Of a stretch of 64,000 bases of DNA, positions 17,483-28,552 are shown one piece after another (within the stretch, counting starts at the first letter, position 1; every line of letters begins with the position of its first letter). Position numbers and translations under genes: made by a program. The stretch is from a candidate division WWE3 bacterium RIFOXYC1_FULL_40_10 (lineage in GTDB: Bacteria; Patescibacteriota; WWE3; UBA101185; UBA10185): NCBI GenBank assembly GCA_001773215.1, contig MEWB01000001.1, positions 550,099-614,098 of the forward strand, given 5' to 3'. The notes below the pieces were generated by a model. It was not told where the DNA came from and searched no databases. It saw only the letters and a program-made list of their open reading frames with translations.

Positions 17483-18288
17483 CGCCTAAATTCTCCTGTA
17501 TTTATGCGCATATCAAGTTCCTTATCGTATATCCATTTTCTCTTACTCTTGTCGTCATAGTAGTGGAGTATGTGCAGCCGATAAAAGACAGCCAGTGTAT
17601 CCTTAATCATTTGGCGAACTGAAGGGTTAAATATCAATACTGCCTGGTTAAATTTAGAGTTCTCCCTAATATCCAATTCCAATTCTACGGGTGCCTCATA
17701 TATTCGCTTAAAACCCAGCCTTTGCGCAACTGCCAAAAGTTCAATGTCGAAAGCAAATGCCTTAACTATTAAACGGGGTAACACTTTTTCCAATACCTCT
17801 CTTTTAAAAACTTTGAGCCCTGCTTGAGTGTCTCGCACTTTTAAACTAAATAGTGCCTTGGTAAGGGCATGATATCCCCAGCTATAAAGTTTTCTCATAG
17901 GAGTAAGTTTTACCTTAGAAGCAGGATGTCTTTTACTGGCCACGATTATATCTGCTTGATACCAAATCATATGTTCCAATACCATAGAAATCCCGTTTGG
18001 ATTAATATCAAATCCCGAATCAATAAAAGCTATATAATCACCGGAGGCTCTTGCCATACCATATCTTACTGCATACCCTTTTCCCCTATTGGTGTTGTAT
18101 CCGACAACGATAACTTTGTCATTCTTTACTTTTTTGGCCTCACTCAAGGTATTGTCAACGTTACCATCTACCACAACTATAATTTCATAGTCCCATCGGG
18201 TGCTAGACATAACATCGCATATCCTACGGATGTTATCCTTGATTGACTTTTCCTGTTTATAGGCTGGTACGACTACTGTTATTAACAT
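17479..18288 (-). CDS. Glycosyltransferase family 2
   Basis: ITVVVPAYKQEKSI ... VVVDGNVDNT ... FIDSG. Confidence 0.65.
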   Translation of the reverse strand: MLITVVVPAYKQEKSIKDNIRRICDVMSSTRWDYEIIVVVDGNVDNTLSEAKKVKNDKVIVVGYNTNRGKGYAVRYGMARASGDYIAFIDSGFDINPNGISMVLEHMIWYQADIIVASKRHPASKVKLTPMRKLYSWGYHALTKALFSLKVRDTQAGLKVFKREVLEKVLPRLIVKAFAFDIELLAVAQRLGFKRIYEAPVELELDIRENSKFNQAVLIFNPSVRQMIKDTLAVFYRLHILHYYDDKSKRKWIYDKELDMRINTGEFRR

Positions 18289-19534
18289 AATCTCGTATCA
18301 AAAAAACTATAAATATCACTAAAACTACTAAAGTTACTGCAATATTCACATTAATAATTTCAAGCAAATCGCGGTGGAAAATATTCAATAGCACAAACTG
18401 AACAACTACTGCAGGTAATAATACTATAGGAAGTTTATACTTTTCAATAGCCAAGAAGAACAATGCCAAAAAGTTAACTAATATATATAGGGCGATAAAT
18501 ATAGAAAATCGGGGCAATAAGATAATACTGGCCTCAAAACGAACTCCGAAGAATAAATGAGTCAAAAAACCGGGAATCGCCGAAAACACACACAACCCCC
18601 CTAAAACTAGTATAAGTTGGAAGGCCAAAAATTTCACAAACGTGTCTCTATAATTCGTTTTGGATGAGAACAGCTTAGCGATTTGAGGAAACATTACCGT
18701 AGCTACTGTTCCCGCCCCAAAAAGGAAAATTTTCCCAAGCGTTACAACCCCTGCATAGTAACCAACATCTACAGAGGGAAAGTATCTTTTTACCATGAGT
18801 ACATCTATATTATTTAGAACCATCATTCCTGAGTTAAACAACAAAGCGGGCATACCGACTATAAAAAGCTTTTTATACAACCCGTCCATCTTGATACCTT
18901 GTGGGGAAACAAAATGCTTTTTCAACAGAGCATACCCAAACAAATACGCCAAAATGCTGCTAAGTAAGAAGCCCACAAAAACCCCATACAACCTGTATCC
19001 CAAAAATACGAGCACGGTCGGGATTATAAATCGTACTACTCCAGAAAATACTGAGTAAACTGCGTATGATCTAAACCTCAATAATCCCTGCAAATAAGAT
19101 CCCGGAATTATCGGCAAAAAGCTAGTGCTTAAAAATAGACCGTTCACAATAATCAAAAAGTAATCACCAATTTTCAAATAACTGTCTAGGAATGACCCGA
19201 ATACTATAAAAATCACCAAAAAAAGCACACCCAAACTGAGTAATCCCAAGGTAAGTTTTGAGAATAATTTAGATAGTTGCGGTAATTTAGACTGGCCAAA
19301 TAATTCTGAAACCAGTTTTGTTATCGAAGTATTAAAAACTATCGTTGGTATGCCCACTAAATAGGCTAGAGAAAGTAATGCATTGAATGTGCCATAATCT
19401 TCAACACTCAAAGAACGTCCCAAATAGAATTGCAAAAGATAACTAAATACAGAGCCCATCAGTAACCCCGCCGTTACAACAACAGTATCCTGTATTACCT
19501 TATCCTTTAGTAATTCTTTTGTGCGATCTAGCAT
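18257..19534 (-). CDS. Wzx-like polysaccharide/oligosaccharide flippase (Polysacc_synt/MATE-like)
   Basis: A polytopic protein of about 12 TM helices, 425 aa, with the typical N-terminal region; it sits in a GT cluster. Confidence 0.5.
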   Translation of the reverse strand: MLDRTKELLKDKVIQDTVVVTAGLLMGSVFSYLLQFYLGRSLSVEDYGTFNALLSLAYLVGIPTIVFNTSITKLVSELFGQSKLPQLSKLFSKLTLGLLSLGVLFLVIFIVFGSFLDSYLKIGDYFLIIVNGLFLSTSFLPIIPGSYLQGLLRFRSYAVYSVFSGVVRFIIPTVLVFLGYRLYGVFVGFLLSSILAYLFGYALLKKHFVSPQGIKMDGLYKKLFIVGMPALLFNSGMMVLNNIDVLMVKRYFPSVDVGYYAGVVTLGKIFLFGAGTVATVMFPQIAKLFSSKTNYRDTFVKFLAFQLILVLGGLCVFSAIPGFLTHLFFGVRFEASIILLPRFSIFIALYILVNFLALFFLAIEKYKLPIVLLPAVVVQFVLLNIFHRDLLEIINVNIAVTLVVLVIFIVFLIRDYVNNSSRTSL

Positions 19535-21136
19535 TTAAACTTTTTTGTATACCTTGTAAACGTCTACACCTCGAACCTTAATAGTATCAACAAACTCGAG
19601 TTTAAATCTATCTTCTCTTGGGCCACTATCATCCCAAATTGGAAATACAAAATAAGTAGCATATCTCGACTGAGCTGAAATATTGTAAATCGTAGCCCAT
19701 CCGCCAATATCCCTTATAAAATACTGCACTTGCGTATAATATTTCTCCGGAAAAGCCACAACAAGAGTGTTTTTAACTTGTCCTGTTCCGATCAATTTTT
19801 CAAGCGAAAAATCCTTTGGGGCCGCTTCTATATTATTCCTCTTCATTTCTCTTTTGAAGTAGCTTTTTACTTCTTGAATGCCAATCATCCACTTAGGCTC
19901 AATAACATAAATGCCTGTTTTCAAGCCTCCAAATAAAGGGTTGTAGTGTGATAAGTAATCAGGCAGATAGAATAAAATTACACATAGACCAAATATAACT
20001 AGGCAAGCCGTTTTTACATTAGGTTTAATTTGAACATGTGCTAGTAGCCAGTTATAAAAGAAACTACTTATCAAGGTAATCACCATTAAATTAGGCAAAA
20101 TATAGCGATCTAATTTTTTAGTAGGAATTGTCAGCTGAATGAAGTAAAAGAAAACAAACAGCCCAAGATAGGTAATAACCTTTTTTTCTTTTATATCCAG
20201 TTTTCTAAATACCAAAATTGCTCCAACAAAACCAATTAGGGTCCAGAATGAAGCCCTTAACAACAAAACGACAAAATAAAACGTTAATCCCGGATTTGAT
20301 ACATAAGAGCCAAAATAAAATTGGAAGTGCTCATCTTCGATACCTATTTCGGAAATTCCTCTGTACATGGTTTGAAGTGCTAACTGGGGGTGTGTCCACA
20401 TTGCCGGCCAAGCTACAACAAATGTAACTAGGAAAACAACCAGCCACAAAGAAAAGTAGTACCCTACTTTTACTAGCTTTTTTTTTCCACCACCAAAATC
20501 AACAAAAAGCGACATACCTAGAACTAATCCAACGAAGGGTAGTAGAAAAAGAGCCGAAGTTTTAGTTAAAACCGAAAAACCTGCAAAGACAGCCGATATC
20601 ACAAAGTCTTTGGTAGTAAACCTTAGAAGGAAACAATAAAAATACAGTATCGATACCAGCATAAACGTCGACATCATCCCTTCCAAATGGAACACGCGGG
20701 TCAGAGCCAAATAGAGAGGTTCAACTCCTAAAAGCAGGATCGCGAGCAGGGCAGTTTTTTTATCAAAAATTTTAGTGAGAGCTAGATAGGCAAATGCCAA
20801 TCCTATTCCAATAACGATTACTAGGAGGAATTTTTGGGTAAAGTGCAATTGAAATACACTGCTTACCAAATTGTCCGGAGGATTCTGGTGCAATATAACC
20901 GAATAATATCCATTAAACAGCTTAATTCCGGCAGTACCAACCCACATTAGGGTAACCCCCGGGTGATATTTTTGAATTGTTTTTTCAAAATTTAGGGTAA
21001 ATACACCTGTTGAGAAGTCATAGCTTCGCGCCTTCCACTTTAGAGCATCAGTATTGAAAATGTCCTTTCCCAACATTGGTAAGCGAGATAAAACAAAAAC
21101 CAAAATGATTAGTAAAAAAATCCTCGATTGTTTCAT
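19535..21136 (-). CDS. GT-C fold membrane glycosyltransferase (PMT_2/ArnT-like), paralog A
   Basis: Multi-TM protein. It shares KTxQKYHPGVTLMW with 22610..24172 and has a periplasmic-loop acidic motif. Confidence 0.55.
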   Translation of the reverse strand: MKQSRIFLLIILVFVLSRLPMLGKDIFNTDALKWKARSYDFSTGVFTLNFEKTIQKYHPGVTLMWVGTAGIKLFNGYYSVILHQNPPDNLVSSVFQLHFTQKFLLVIVIGIGLAFAYLALTKIFDKKTALLAILLLGVEPLYLALTRVFHLEGMMSTFMLVSILYFYCFLLRFTTKDFVISAVFAGFSVLTKTSALFLLPFVGLVLGMSLFVDFGGGKKKLVKVGYYFSLWLVVFLVTFVVAWPAMWTHPQLALQTMYRGISEIGIEDEHFQFYFGSYVSNPGLTFYFVVLLLRASFWTLIGFVGAILVFRKLDIKEKKVITYLGLFVFFYFIQLTIPTKKLDRYILPNLMVITLISSFFYNWLLAHVQIKPNVKTACLVIFGLCVILFYLPDYLSHYNPLFGGLKTGIYVIEPKWMIGIQEVKSYFKREMKRNNIEAAPKDFSLEKLIGTGQVKNTLVVAFPEKYYTQVQYFIRDIGGWATIYNISAQSRYATYFVFPIWDDSGPREDRFKLEFVDTIKVRGVDVYKVYKKV

Positions 21137-22617
21137 AAAGTATACTTATAAACTATCAGCGGCGGTCCCAATTTAAAGGAGTTATCAATATCTAATACTA
21201 AAGTAGGTTTTACATTGGTAGGCAGCTCCCTTAAATTGAACTCCCCATCGTCATACACAACCATGTACCCGCTGTGATAGCCTGTCACCTTTCCCATCCC
21301 TTTGTGAACCGGCTCTGATATCCTTGCTGCCACCGGTCCAAAACTTGAATCCCTATAAAATACCGGTTGCCCTGGAGGAACGTTTTTTTGAATCCAATAG
21401 TAAACCAGCTGCCTGGTATCCCCTTGAGTAAATTTGAGCGAATCCAAGGCAGCTAGAACTAAAGGAACAACGAATACTGCAATAGCAAATAGTTGTATCA
21501 GTAACTCCCGCTTTTTACCCATCCAGTTGATCAAACTCGACAAACCAATGCCGAAAGTCACACAAACGAATGGATAAGTTATCATAAAATACTGCGATCT
21601 AAGTATCTTAAACCGCGCTAAGTATAAAATCATAAAAATCGACACAATCATAGGTATGATTAGATAAACGTCTGAGGATACCATTCTTTTTTTAAATAGT
21701 TTTAGTGCTGTATACAAAACAAACAGCGCATAAATAATAAAAATCGTATACCCAAAGTTCTCCGGAAGCTGTGAAAATAAAACGTGGGCGAGGTTTTTCA
21801 AGTAATCAACTCCTCCCACGGAACCCACGTTCGCAAACTGCCAAAATGCACCGGCAGGGCCATCCGTTCGAGAAAAAGTGTCAAAGTCCAATATCGAATA
21901 AGGCGTACCTACCACAAATCCTACAACGCATGCTAGTCCAGACAAGACAAGTAGATGGATTTTCTTGAGAGGATTTTTGTACTTTACTAGGTGGACTAAG
22001 GCTACACTCACACACCCTAAACCCCCGTTATACTTAGTGGATGCCGAGAGCCCGATAAAAAATCCTGCCAGCAGGTAATTTTTAAGGTCCTCGTCGTAGA
22101 CTATCCGGGATGTAAAGTACAAGCCCCATGCTAGCAAAAAGACCATCGGAACATCAGGAAGCGCATAGTGAGCATGATGAACTGCAAAGGGCAGAATGGT
22201 AATAGCAAGCGCGGCAAAGATACCGGCCTGATTATCCAACAGTTTTCTCCCGGTAAGATAAACTGGGATTGCAGATAGTGCTCCCAATATTGCTGTAAGA
22301 ACCCGAGATAAGAAGTAAAATACTACGCTGTCATCCAGTAGCAGAGGTACCCACTGCTTCATGAAATCCAGCGCTCCAAAATCGATATAAATAGTTCTAA
22401 GTTTTGCAAATACCATGTACATAAAATAATTAACGTAGACGTATAAATGCGGCCAATCGAAATGGTGTGGGTTTGCATAGAACCTAGTACCCAAAGCAGA
22501 TCTCACAATAGTGGGCTCATCCGGATGTAAAATAAAAGGAAATCCGTGAGTAATACCTGCCAATCTTAATACCAGTCCTAGTAGAATAATATAAAACAGT
22601 AAATTCTTCTTACTCAT
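21133..22617 (-). CDS. GT-C fold membrane glycosyltransferase (PMT_2/ArnT-like)
   Basis: HGFPFILHPDEPTIVRSALG DE motif and about 11 TM helices. Confidence 0.55.
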   Translation of the reverse strand: MSKKNLLFYIILLGLVLRLAGITHGFPFILHPDEPTIVRSALGTRFYANPHHFDWPHLYVYVNYFMYMVFAKLRTIYIDFGALDFMKQWVPLLLDDSVVFYFLSRVLTAILGALSAIPVYLTGRKLLDNQAGIFAALAITILPFAVHHAHYALPDVPMVFLLAWGLYFTSRIVYDEDLKNYLLAGFFIGLSASTKYNGGLGCVSVALVHLVKYKNPLKKIHLLVLSGLACVVGFVVGTPYSILDFDTFSRTDGPAGAFWQFANVGSVGGVDYLKNLAHVLFSQLPENFGYTIFIIYALFVLYTALKLFKKRMVSSDVYLIIPMIVSIFMILYLARFKILRSQYFMITYPFVCVTFGIGLSSLINWMGKKRELLIQLFAIAVFVVPLVLAALDSLKFTQGDTRQLVYYWIQKNVPPGQPVFYRDSSFGPVAARISEPVHKGMGKVTGYHSGYMVVYDDGEFNLRELPTNVKPTLVLDIDNSFKLGPPLIVYKYTL

Positions 22618-24172
22618 ACCCGTATATTCTCCAATATTCTAGTCCATTAACATATACAGAAGAAAGTTTTACAAAATTAGCCTTAACGAAAGCTGAGTCG
22701 CCGATGAAATCTTCATTCATTCCCAATACGACCAGTGTGTTCTCCGAAGGTGTCTCTATCCTTATATCTATTATTTTGCTATTCGGGTAAATGGCGCCCA
22801 TCGGTTTGGTATCAATAAAACCAAGCTGAGGATACACTCCATACTTGGGATAGTAGTTTTTAGCAAGGTGATCTTTCAACTCGTAGATTGCTATACCAAA
22901 AGGTTTTTGAGCGATTATTTTATTTGCATTTATCGCACTTCCGAAAAGTGGGCTGGTAAAGGTAAAGTAGTAGGGGTAGAAGGTAATCAAAGGTGACACA
23001 ACAGTTAGCCAATATAACCCGATAACACCAAAATAGTAACTGTATTTATTCGTTACAAAACCCCTAACCCATACTAATGTTTCCAGGCACATCAGCCCAA
23101 ATAAGGGATAGACAACTAACGAATATCTATCTATTTTTTTCGAAAATATGGTCATCAAAACCAGATAGGAAACATAGAAAAGCCCGGTAAATAGGGAAAA
23201 ACTCCACTTGGAAGTGCCTTTTTGGAAGGCTTTTTTGGTCTGGAAAAACACAAAAAATACCATACCGGCAACCGCAAAAACCGAGCTTTTAAGTACTAAA
23301 TCAAGGAGGTAAAACAGCGGACCTCCGTTAAGCGTGCTTTCACCAAACACTATCTGCGGATGGCCATCCCTAACTCCTACGCGTTCAGATTCCGAAAAAA
23401 TTTCAGTCAGATAGTAAACCGGTTTAACCCAAAGAGCTGGAAACAAAGCAAAGGTGACTACACCAAAAGCCAGCATTATTAATATGAAATTCTTCACCCA
23501 AATACTATTTTTAGTGCGAACAAAGTAAATGGCATAAACAACAAATAAAAACGGCAGTAATATTACCCCTATACTTTTTGTTAAAAACGACAACGAAATA
23601 AGCGCACCCACCAGCAAAGCATATCTAAACGAAGGTTTATGGAGCTGTATCCACGTTGCGGTCAAAGATAAAAACACAAACAGAGTCAGCAAAACATCCA
23701 TATGATAAAGCCTGGAATTTCCTACAAAAAATGGTTCGAAGCTAAATATTGATATGACCAGTAGTGCTTTATTAAAAGAAAGAATCTTAGATAGGAAAAA
23801 GAGAAGTAATATTGTAATAATTAGCTGGGCAAAAACCAAACTAAACTTTGCCACGATATGAAAGGGAGTAAAATTAAGATGATTGTAAAATTGCTCTCCG
23901 GTAAGTTGTTTCAAAATTTCAACGGGGATTCCCGTAATCCACATCAACGTAACCCCGGGATGGTAATGCTGGTAAGTTTTTTCAAAGTCGAGTGTTTTTA
24001 AGCCCACAATAAACTGCTGAGATCTATGATGCCAATTTACACCGTCGGGGTTAATTTCGTCGTAAGGCAGATAGGAAAGTCGCGTTAGCAAATAGGCCGC
24101 GATAAAGATTGTTATGAGAATAAGTCTGTAATGCTTAGCGATTATTTTCTTCAAAAACATAGAAAACCCCAC
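22610..24172 (-). CDS. GT-C fold membrane glycosyltransferase (PMT_2/ArnT-like), paralog B
   Basis: LSYLPYDEINPDGVNWHH DE motif and YQHYHPGVTLMW. Confidence 0.55.
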   Translation of the reverse strand: MGFSMFLKKIIAKHYRLILITIFIAAYLLTRLSYLPYDEINPDGVNWHHRSQQFIVGLKTLDFEKTYQHYHPGVTLMWITGIPVEILKQLTGEQFYNHLNFTPFHIVAKFSLVFAQLIITILLLFFLSKILSFNKALLVISIFSFEPFFVGNSRLYHMDVLLTLFVFLSLTATWIQLHKPSFRYALLVGALISLSFLTKSIGVILLPFLFVVYAIYFVRTKNSIWVKNFILIMLAFGVVTFALFPALWVKPVYYLTEIFSESERVGVRDGHPQIVFGESTLNGGPLFYLLDLVLKSSVFAVAGMVFFVFFQTKKAFQKGTSKWSFSLFTGLFYVSYLVLMTIFSKKIDRYSLVVYPLFGLMCLETLVWVRGFVTNKYSYYFGVIGLYWLTVVSPLITFYPYYFTFTSPLFGSAINANKIIAQKPFGIAIYELKDHLAKNYYPKYGVYPQLGFIDTKPMGAIYPNSKIIDIRIETPSENTLVVLGMNEDFIGDSAFVKANFVKLSSVYVNGLEYWRIYGYE

Positions 24173-25022
24173 CTACTAAACTAACTACTAATCTAAAGAA
24201 GTGATAGAGTATAGAAGCTGTAAACGCCAGTTCTCTTCCTACTCCTACATAAGAAAACACTTGGATATATAGGGCATCTTGGACACCCATGCTGTTTAGG
24301 GAAGGAATGAAAAATCCCGCCAAGGTAATCATGGGAAGCACAACTAGAGCGTAAATAAAAGGTACATCTAAACCGAGAGCTCTAAATACAAAATACTGCG
24401 TAAATACAGAAAGAAACTGTACGACAAAAGATGTGACTAACGCAAATCCGAGAACCTTTTTCTCGGCCCGGTACAATGAAAAGGAGCCGTAGAGTTTGCT
24501 AAAAATACTGTGTTTGGTTGATAAAAATCTGAGTACATACAGACCCAAAACAAATAAGAGTAAGAAGCCTATTGTTAGAACCACCGACCAATAAGATAGG
24601 TACTTCCACAGACTCACAAGGGAAATTAGCATGAGACTTATAACTCCGGTAAACCGTTCCATAAAGGTAGCTGCAAAAGAGTCGGAAGTGCTACCTATCT
24701 TTTTACCTAGTTTGTAGATTTTATACACGTCCCCCCCAATGCTTGTAGGCAGAAAGTTATTAAAAAAGGATCCCACAAAGTAAAGCCTAGTTAAATACCA
24801 AACAGATACTTTGTTCCCGCCTTCGTGTATCAACAGGCCTTTCCATCTTATTGAACTAACCACATAATTTAGGACTAAACACAAAACGATTAGAACTGCA
24901 TATATTGGCTGAAAGTTTGAGAAGTTACCAATTAATATTTTAAGATCGATACTGCGAAAGATAATCCAAAACAGGACTATGCTCACTAGTATTTTTATAA
25001 CCAAATTAAGCTTTTTTTTCAT
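24135..25022 (-). CDS. Flippase-like / lysyl-PG-synthase TM-region family (UPF0104) membrane protein
   Basis: 8 TM helices, about 295 aa, and a PTSIGGDVYKIYKL motif. It is commonly paired with GT2 enzymes. Confidence 0.45.
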   Translation of the reverse strand: MKKKLNLVIKILVSIVLFWIIFRSIDLKILIGNFSNFQPIYAVLIVLCLVLNYVVSSIRWKGLLIHEGGNKVSVWYLTRLYFVGSFFNNFLPTSIGGDVYKIYKLGKKIGSTSDSFAATFMERFTGVISLMLISLVSLWKYLSYWSVVLTIGFLLLFVLGLYVLRFLSTKHSIFSKLYGSFSLYRAEKKVLGFALVTSFVVQFLSVFTQYFVFRALGLDVPFIYALVVLPMITLAGFFIPSLNSMGVQDALYIQVFSYVGVGRELAFTASILYHFFRLVVSLVGGVFYVFEENNR

Positions 25023-26442
25023 ATTTTAATACCCTCGGCATAAATCCGGCGACCTTGCTACCCCATAAAAACAATACCATTAATATTACAAACAAAGCTA
25101 TTTTGAAAAAGGAAAAAGGCATCCAATTTAAACTGCTAATAAAACCTGCTTGTAGAAGTAACACCCAGTGATCGATATTGAAAAATTTAAATTTAATAGA
25201 AAAGGACATTACTAAAAAGGACAAAAGGCTTCCGACAGCGATACTCCAAGACATTGAGAGTAGAGGATCTTGGCTGTTTTTGGTGAGCCAGAAAAAACCC
25301 AAACTCCCCATTAAGAGAACCAAGTAGCTTATAATCATATGCCACGTTAACTTAGCGGGAATCAGCACACTGGATTTAATTAGATTAATAAATGAATAAA
25401 AGATGAAAGCAAGAAGTAATGGCAAGATTAAAGGAATCGAAGCAGAATACTCAGCCAACTTTTCAGCTCCCAGTAACAGATATACAGCCTCTGTTACCCA
25501 GTAACAAGCACCTATAGCAAAGAAAAGTACTATAAAAAATAATTTATTAAAATTAACTTGAAACGCTGTTTTAAACGTATCGATATCTTTTACATAATGT
25601 TCGGAAAAAACCGGTAAACTCACATCTGTGGCTGAGTCGGAAATATTCATCAGCTTTTTAGCATATAGCATTGCGAACGCAAAAATAGCTATCACTTGAG
25701 TCGAGCTGAATATTCCCAAAACATTCGTACCAAGCTTTTCCCAATTTGTATAAATAATTTTCACAAAGTAAATTGCAAAACTAATTGAAAACAGATCTCT
25801 GAAAAGCCTTTTGAAATCATCCCTTGATGGCATTTTAAGGTGCCCTTTTAATGGGTAAAATGCCAAAACTGCGAGTATAACACTGGCCACTGCATTAAAT
25901 CCCAGCAAGGCCAAAAAGAACCCATTCACTTTGTATAAATAAACCAAAGGGATATATAAAAACAAACTTATAAAAGCGATAACAACCTGATAGCCGAACA
26001 ATGTTTTAAACCGCTTAGTGCCGGAGATGACTGAGTTTAATATGCTCTGGAAACCTTGGAAAAGTAGGGTAGCGGCATATATTTTTAGAGGAACAATCAA
26101 TCCACTGTTTTTATAAAAGGAAACAGCTATTTTTTCGGCAAATAAAAATAAGCCAATCGCCAAAGGAAGAGTAATGCAATAGCGTATCACTGCAGAGGTA
26201 ACGAATATCTTAAATATTTCATCTTTATTTTCAGAGGCCGAAACTTCCCTAGTGCTGGCTGATGCTAAACCAAGATGCTGATATATTCCCAAAGCACCTC
26301 CGATAGACACTGCCAGCTGAACTAGTCCCCATTCGGATTGGGTTAGCAGACGAATTATGACAAAACTTTGGGCAATACCAATTAGGGTAGCCATGCCCCG
26401 TGATAGAAAACTCACTATTTGCCACCTTCCAATATCTATCAT
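25006..26442 (-). CDS. Wzx-like polysaccharide biosynthesis flippase
   Basis: 478 aa, about 12-14 TM helices, Polysacc_synt-like N-terminus. Confidence 0.55.
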   Translation of the reverse strand: MIDIGRWQIVSFLSRGMATLIGIAQSFVIIRLLTQSEWGLVQLAVSIGGALGIYQHLGLASASTREVSASENKDEIFKIFVTSAVIRYCITLPLAIGLFLFAEKIAVSFYKNSGLIVPLKIYAATLLFQGFQSILNSVISGTKRFKTLFGYQVVIAFISLFLYIPLVYLYKVNGFFLALLGFNAVASVILAVLAFYPLKGHLKMPSRDDFKRLFRDLFSISFAIYFVKIIYTNWEKLGTNVLGIFSSTQVIAIFAFAMLYAKKLMNISDSATDVSLPVFSEHYVKDIDTFKTAFQVNFNKLFFIVLFFAIGACYWVTEAVYLLLGAEKLAEYSASIPLILPLLLAFIFYSFINLIKSSVLIPAKLTWHMIISYLVLLMGSLGFFWLTKNSQDPLLSMSWSIAVGSLLSFLVMSFSIKFKFFNIDHWVLLLQAGFISSLNWMPFSFFKIALFVILMVLFLWGSKVAGFMPRVLKYEKKA

Positions 26443-26443
26443 A

Positions 26444-28552
26444 TTAATTAATAGTTATGTCTCCTAGGTAAATACTTCTGGTTCTCACCTTGTTTCCCAT
26501 ACCAACCAAATACTTATAAGTCCCCGGCTCTAGAAAGGTAGGAGGGGTAATATCAAGGTATTCAATATAATACTTTTTAAACTCCCAATCCTCGGGTTGT
26601 TTTAGTGCAAATGAGGGCAAATTAGCGGCCTGGTAAATATCCCCGGTTTTAGTATTTACCAATGAATTAAACATTATGTAGTCGTCAAGAGATTTCGAAC
26701 TACCGCGATAGTATACTATCTTTGCGGTTCCGTGTTCGCCACGAGAAAGAGTTTGGGGTAACTCGAAGTCCGCAATTTCCAAACCCATAAACATCTCCAA
26801 CTTGGGTTCGATAGACACTTCGTAATTATTTTTCTCCTGAATTGGGAGCAAGTCCAAAATTTGCCTGTTAGGCGCCTTCTTAAATACAAACATATTACCG
26901 CAACCATATTCTAGGCTGTAGTAAGGGCTTGTAAGCAAATTCCTTACCACATCCTTTACCAAGTCGGACTCAACATCGAGAATATTTAGAATTTTCTGAG
27001 AAAATACATCAACGATAACATAGTCGGCTTGATTATATAGAGCAGGAAAAATAGCATAAGTTTCCCTCATCGATAAATGCGCTCCTAAGTAGTCAGGACC
27101 GGATATTGAGGCGGTATCGGGTATATTCTGCACTATTTTTTCGGCACACTCCCTATCTTTGTTATCCAGTTCAGACAGGCTAACTACATCCCCAATCTTT
27201 AGCTGTTTATTAAATATCTCGACATCGCTTTTGGCAAACACTCTTCTAACAACTGCTTGATTCAACCACAGATATACCGGGTTGTTAAATATATACGAAG
27301 TATATAAGTTCATTATTACAAGTAGAAAAGACAAAGCTACCAGTATTTTTCCAAGTTTGATTTTTCTTAGCCCTATCCTTGCAAACAAAGACTCTAGGAG
27401 TGAACCTAGGTAATGGAGAGCATATATTGCAGCCAAAAACAACACAGGAATAATCATCGAAACCCTGTGATTGTAAATCTCGGAAGTCCCGATTCCTCCC
27501 GCAGTTGTCATATAGTTTATAAAGAAGTCAGGTGCAGAAAGCAAAAGCAGTTGGGGAAAAGCTAGAGGGAGAAAACCCAAAGGCATAAAGGTTTTTATCA
27601 AATTATCAGGCTTGTCGCCCCCAAAGAAGACTTTTATTGCCAATTTATGATCTAACAGTGAACTAATAACAACATCCGTATAAGAGTCTCCAAACGCCTC
27701 ATACCTGTTTAAAAAGTAGTTTGGTAGGGCAACGTCCCGAGTAGAAGCATCTGATAGTCCTAGAGATTCCGTAAATTTCACATAACCGTCAACTCGATAA
27801 TGTGCATTAGATGGGATAATAACTACAAAAGCCATTAGAAACCATAAAATACCGGAAATTACTAAAGCAACACCTGTTTTTAGTTGTTTTTGCCTGAAAA
27901 TTGCGATAAATATACCCCACATAACGATGTACAAAGGGATCTGTTCCTTCCCTGACATAGTGATTACAACTAGGAGCCAAAACAGTATCCACTTCTTAAG
28001 AGTCATGTCGTTATTTATATAACCCCTTTCGAAAATATAGAATGCTAAAAGAAAAAAAGGTATTGCAGCAGAAACCCCGTGAAAACTGGTTCGGGTGTTA
28101 AGATAGCCTATTGCCGGATAGAGTAAAAACGATATGCCTACAAAAGAAGCTGCCCATTTATTTTTAAATTTGAGGTCCGAGATTAAATAAAGAATAAATG
28201 CCGAGGATATCACTAGAAGTAATTGTGAAATGACCAGAGTCATTGGACTGGGAAAGAGTGCAAAAATTGGCACGAAAATGAGTAAAATCGGATCAACATG
28301 GCTCATCGCCCAACGCGGCAAGTTTGTACCAAAATAATCGGTTAGGTACATGAACCTTCCGTGAAGTGTGTTCCACACCATTTGAGTCATATTGCCCAGG
28401 TCAAACTTTCCAAAATCAAAGTTGTCATAAGACGCCCAGTTCATTCTTAGAGCAACGACAAAGTGTATTAGCGCCACTGTAACCAGCAATATCTGTGGTA
28501 AATATCTTAATACTTTAGCCAGTAAATTTTTTAGTTGCATATTAATCAACAA
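26444..28552 (-). CDS. Large polytopic membrane protein with an extracytoplasmic C-terminal domain; putative GT-C-like glycosyltransferase (DUF2079-like?)
   Basis: N-terminal multi-TM region with NFDFGKFDLGNMTQ and a roughly 300-aa soluble C-terminus. The family call is weak. Confidence 0.35.
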   Translation of the reverse strand: MLINMQLKNLLAKVLRYLPQILLVTVALIHFVVALRMNWASYDNFDFGKFDLGNMTQMVWNTLHGRFMYLTDYFGTNLPRWAMSHVDPILLIFVPIFALFPSPMTLVISQLLLVISSAFILYLISDLKFKNKWAASFVGISFLLYPAIGYLNTRTSFHGVSAAIPFFLLAFYIFERGYINNDMTLKKWILFWLLVVITMSGKEQIPLYIVMWGIFIAIFRQKQLKTGVALVISGILWFLMAFVVIIPSNAHYRVDGYVKFTESLGLSDASTRDVALPNYFLNRYEAFGDSYTDVVISSLLDHKLAIKVFFGGDKPDNLIKTFMPLGFLPLAFPQLLLLSAPDFFINYMTTAGGIGTSEIYNHRVSMIIPVLFLAAIYALHYLGSLLESLFARIGLRKIKLGKILVALSFLLVIMNLYTSYIFNNPVYLWLNQAVVRRVFAKSDVEIFNKQLKIGDVVSLSELDNKDRECAEKIVQNIPDTASISGPDYLGAHLSMRETYAIFPALYNQADYVIVDVFSQKILNILDVESDLVKDVVRNLLTSPYYSLEYGCGNMFVFKKAPNRQILDLLPIQEKNNYEVSIEPKLEMFMGLEIADFELPQTLSRGEHGTAKIVYYRGSSKSLDDYIMFNSLVNTKTGDIYQAANLPSFALKQPEDWEFKKYYIEYLDITPPTFLEPGTYKYLVGMGNKVRTRSIYLGDITIN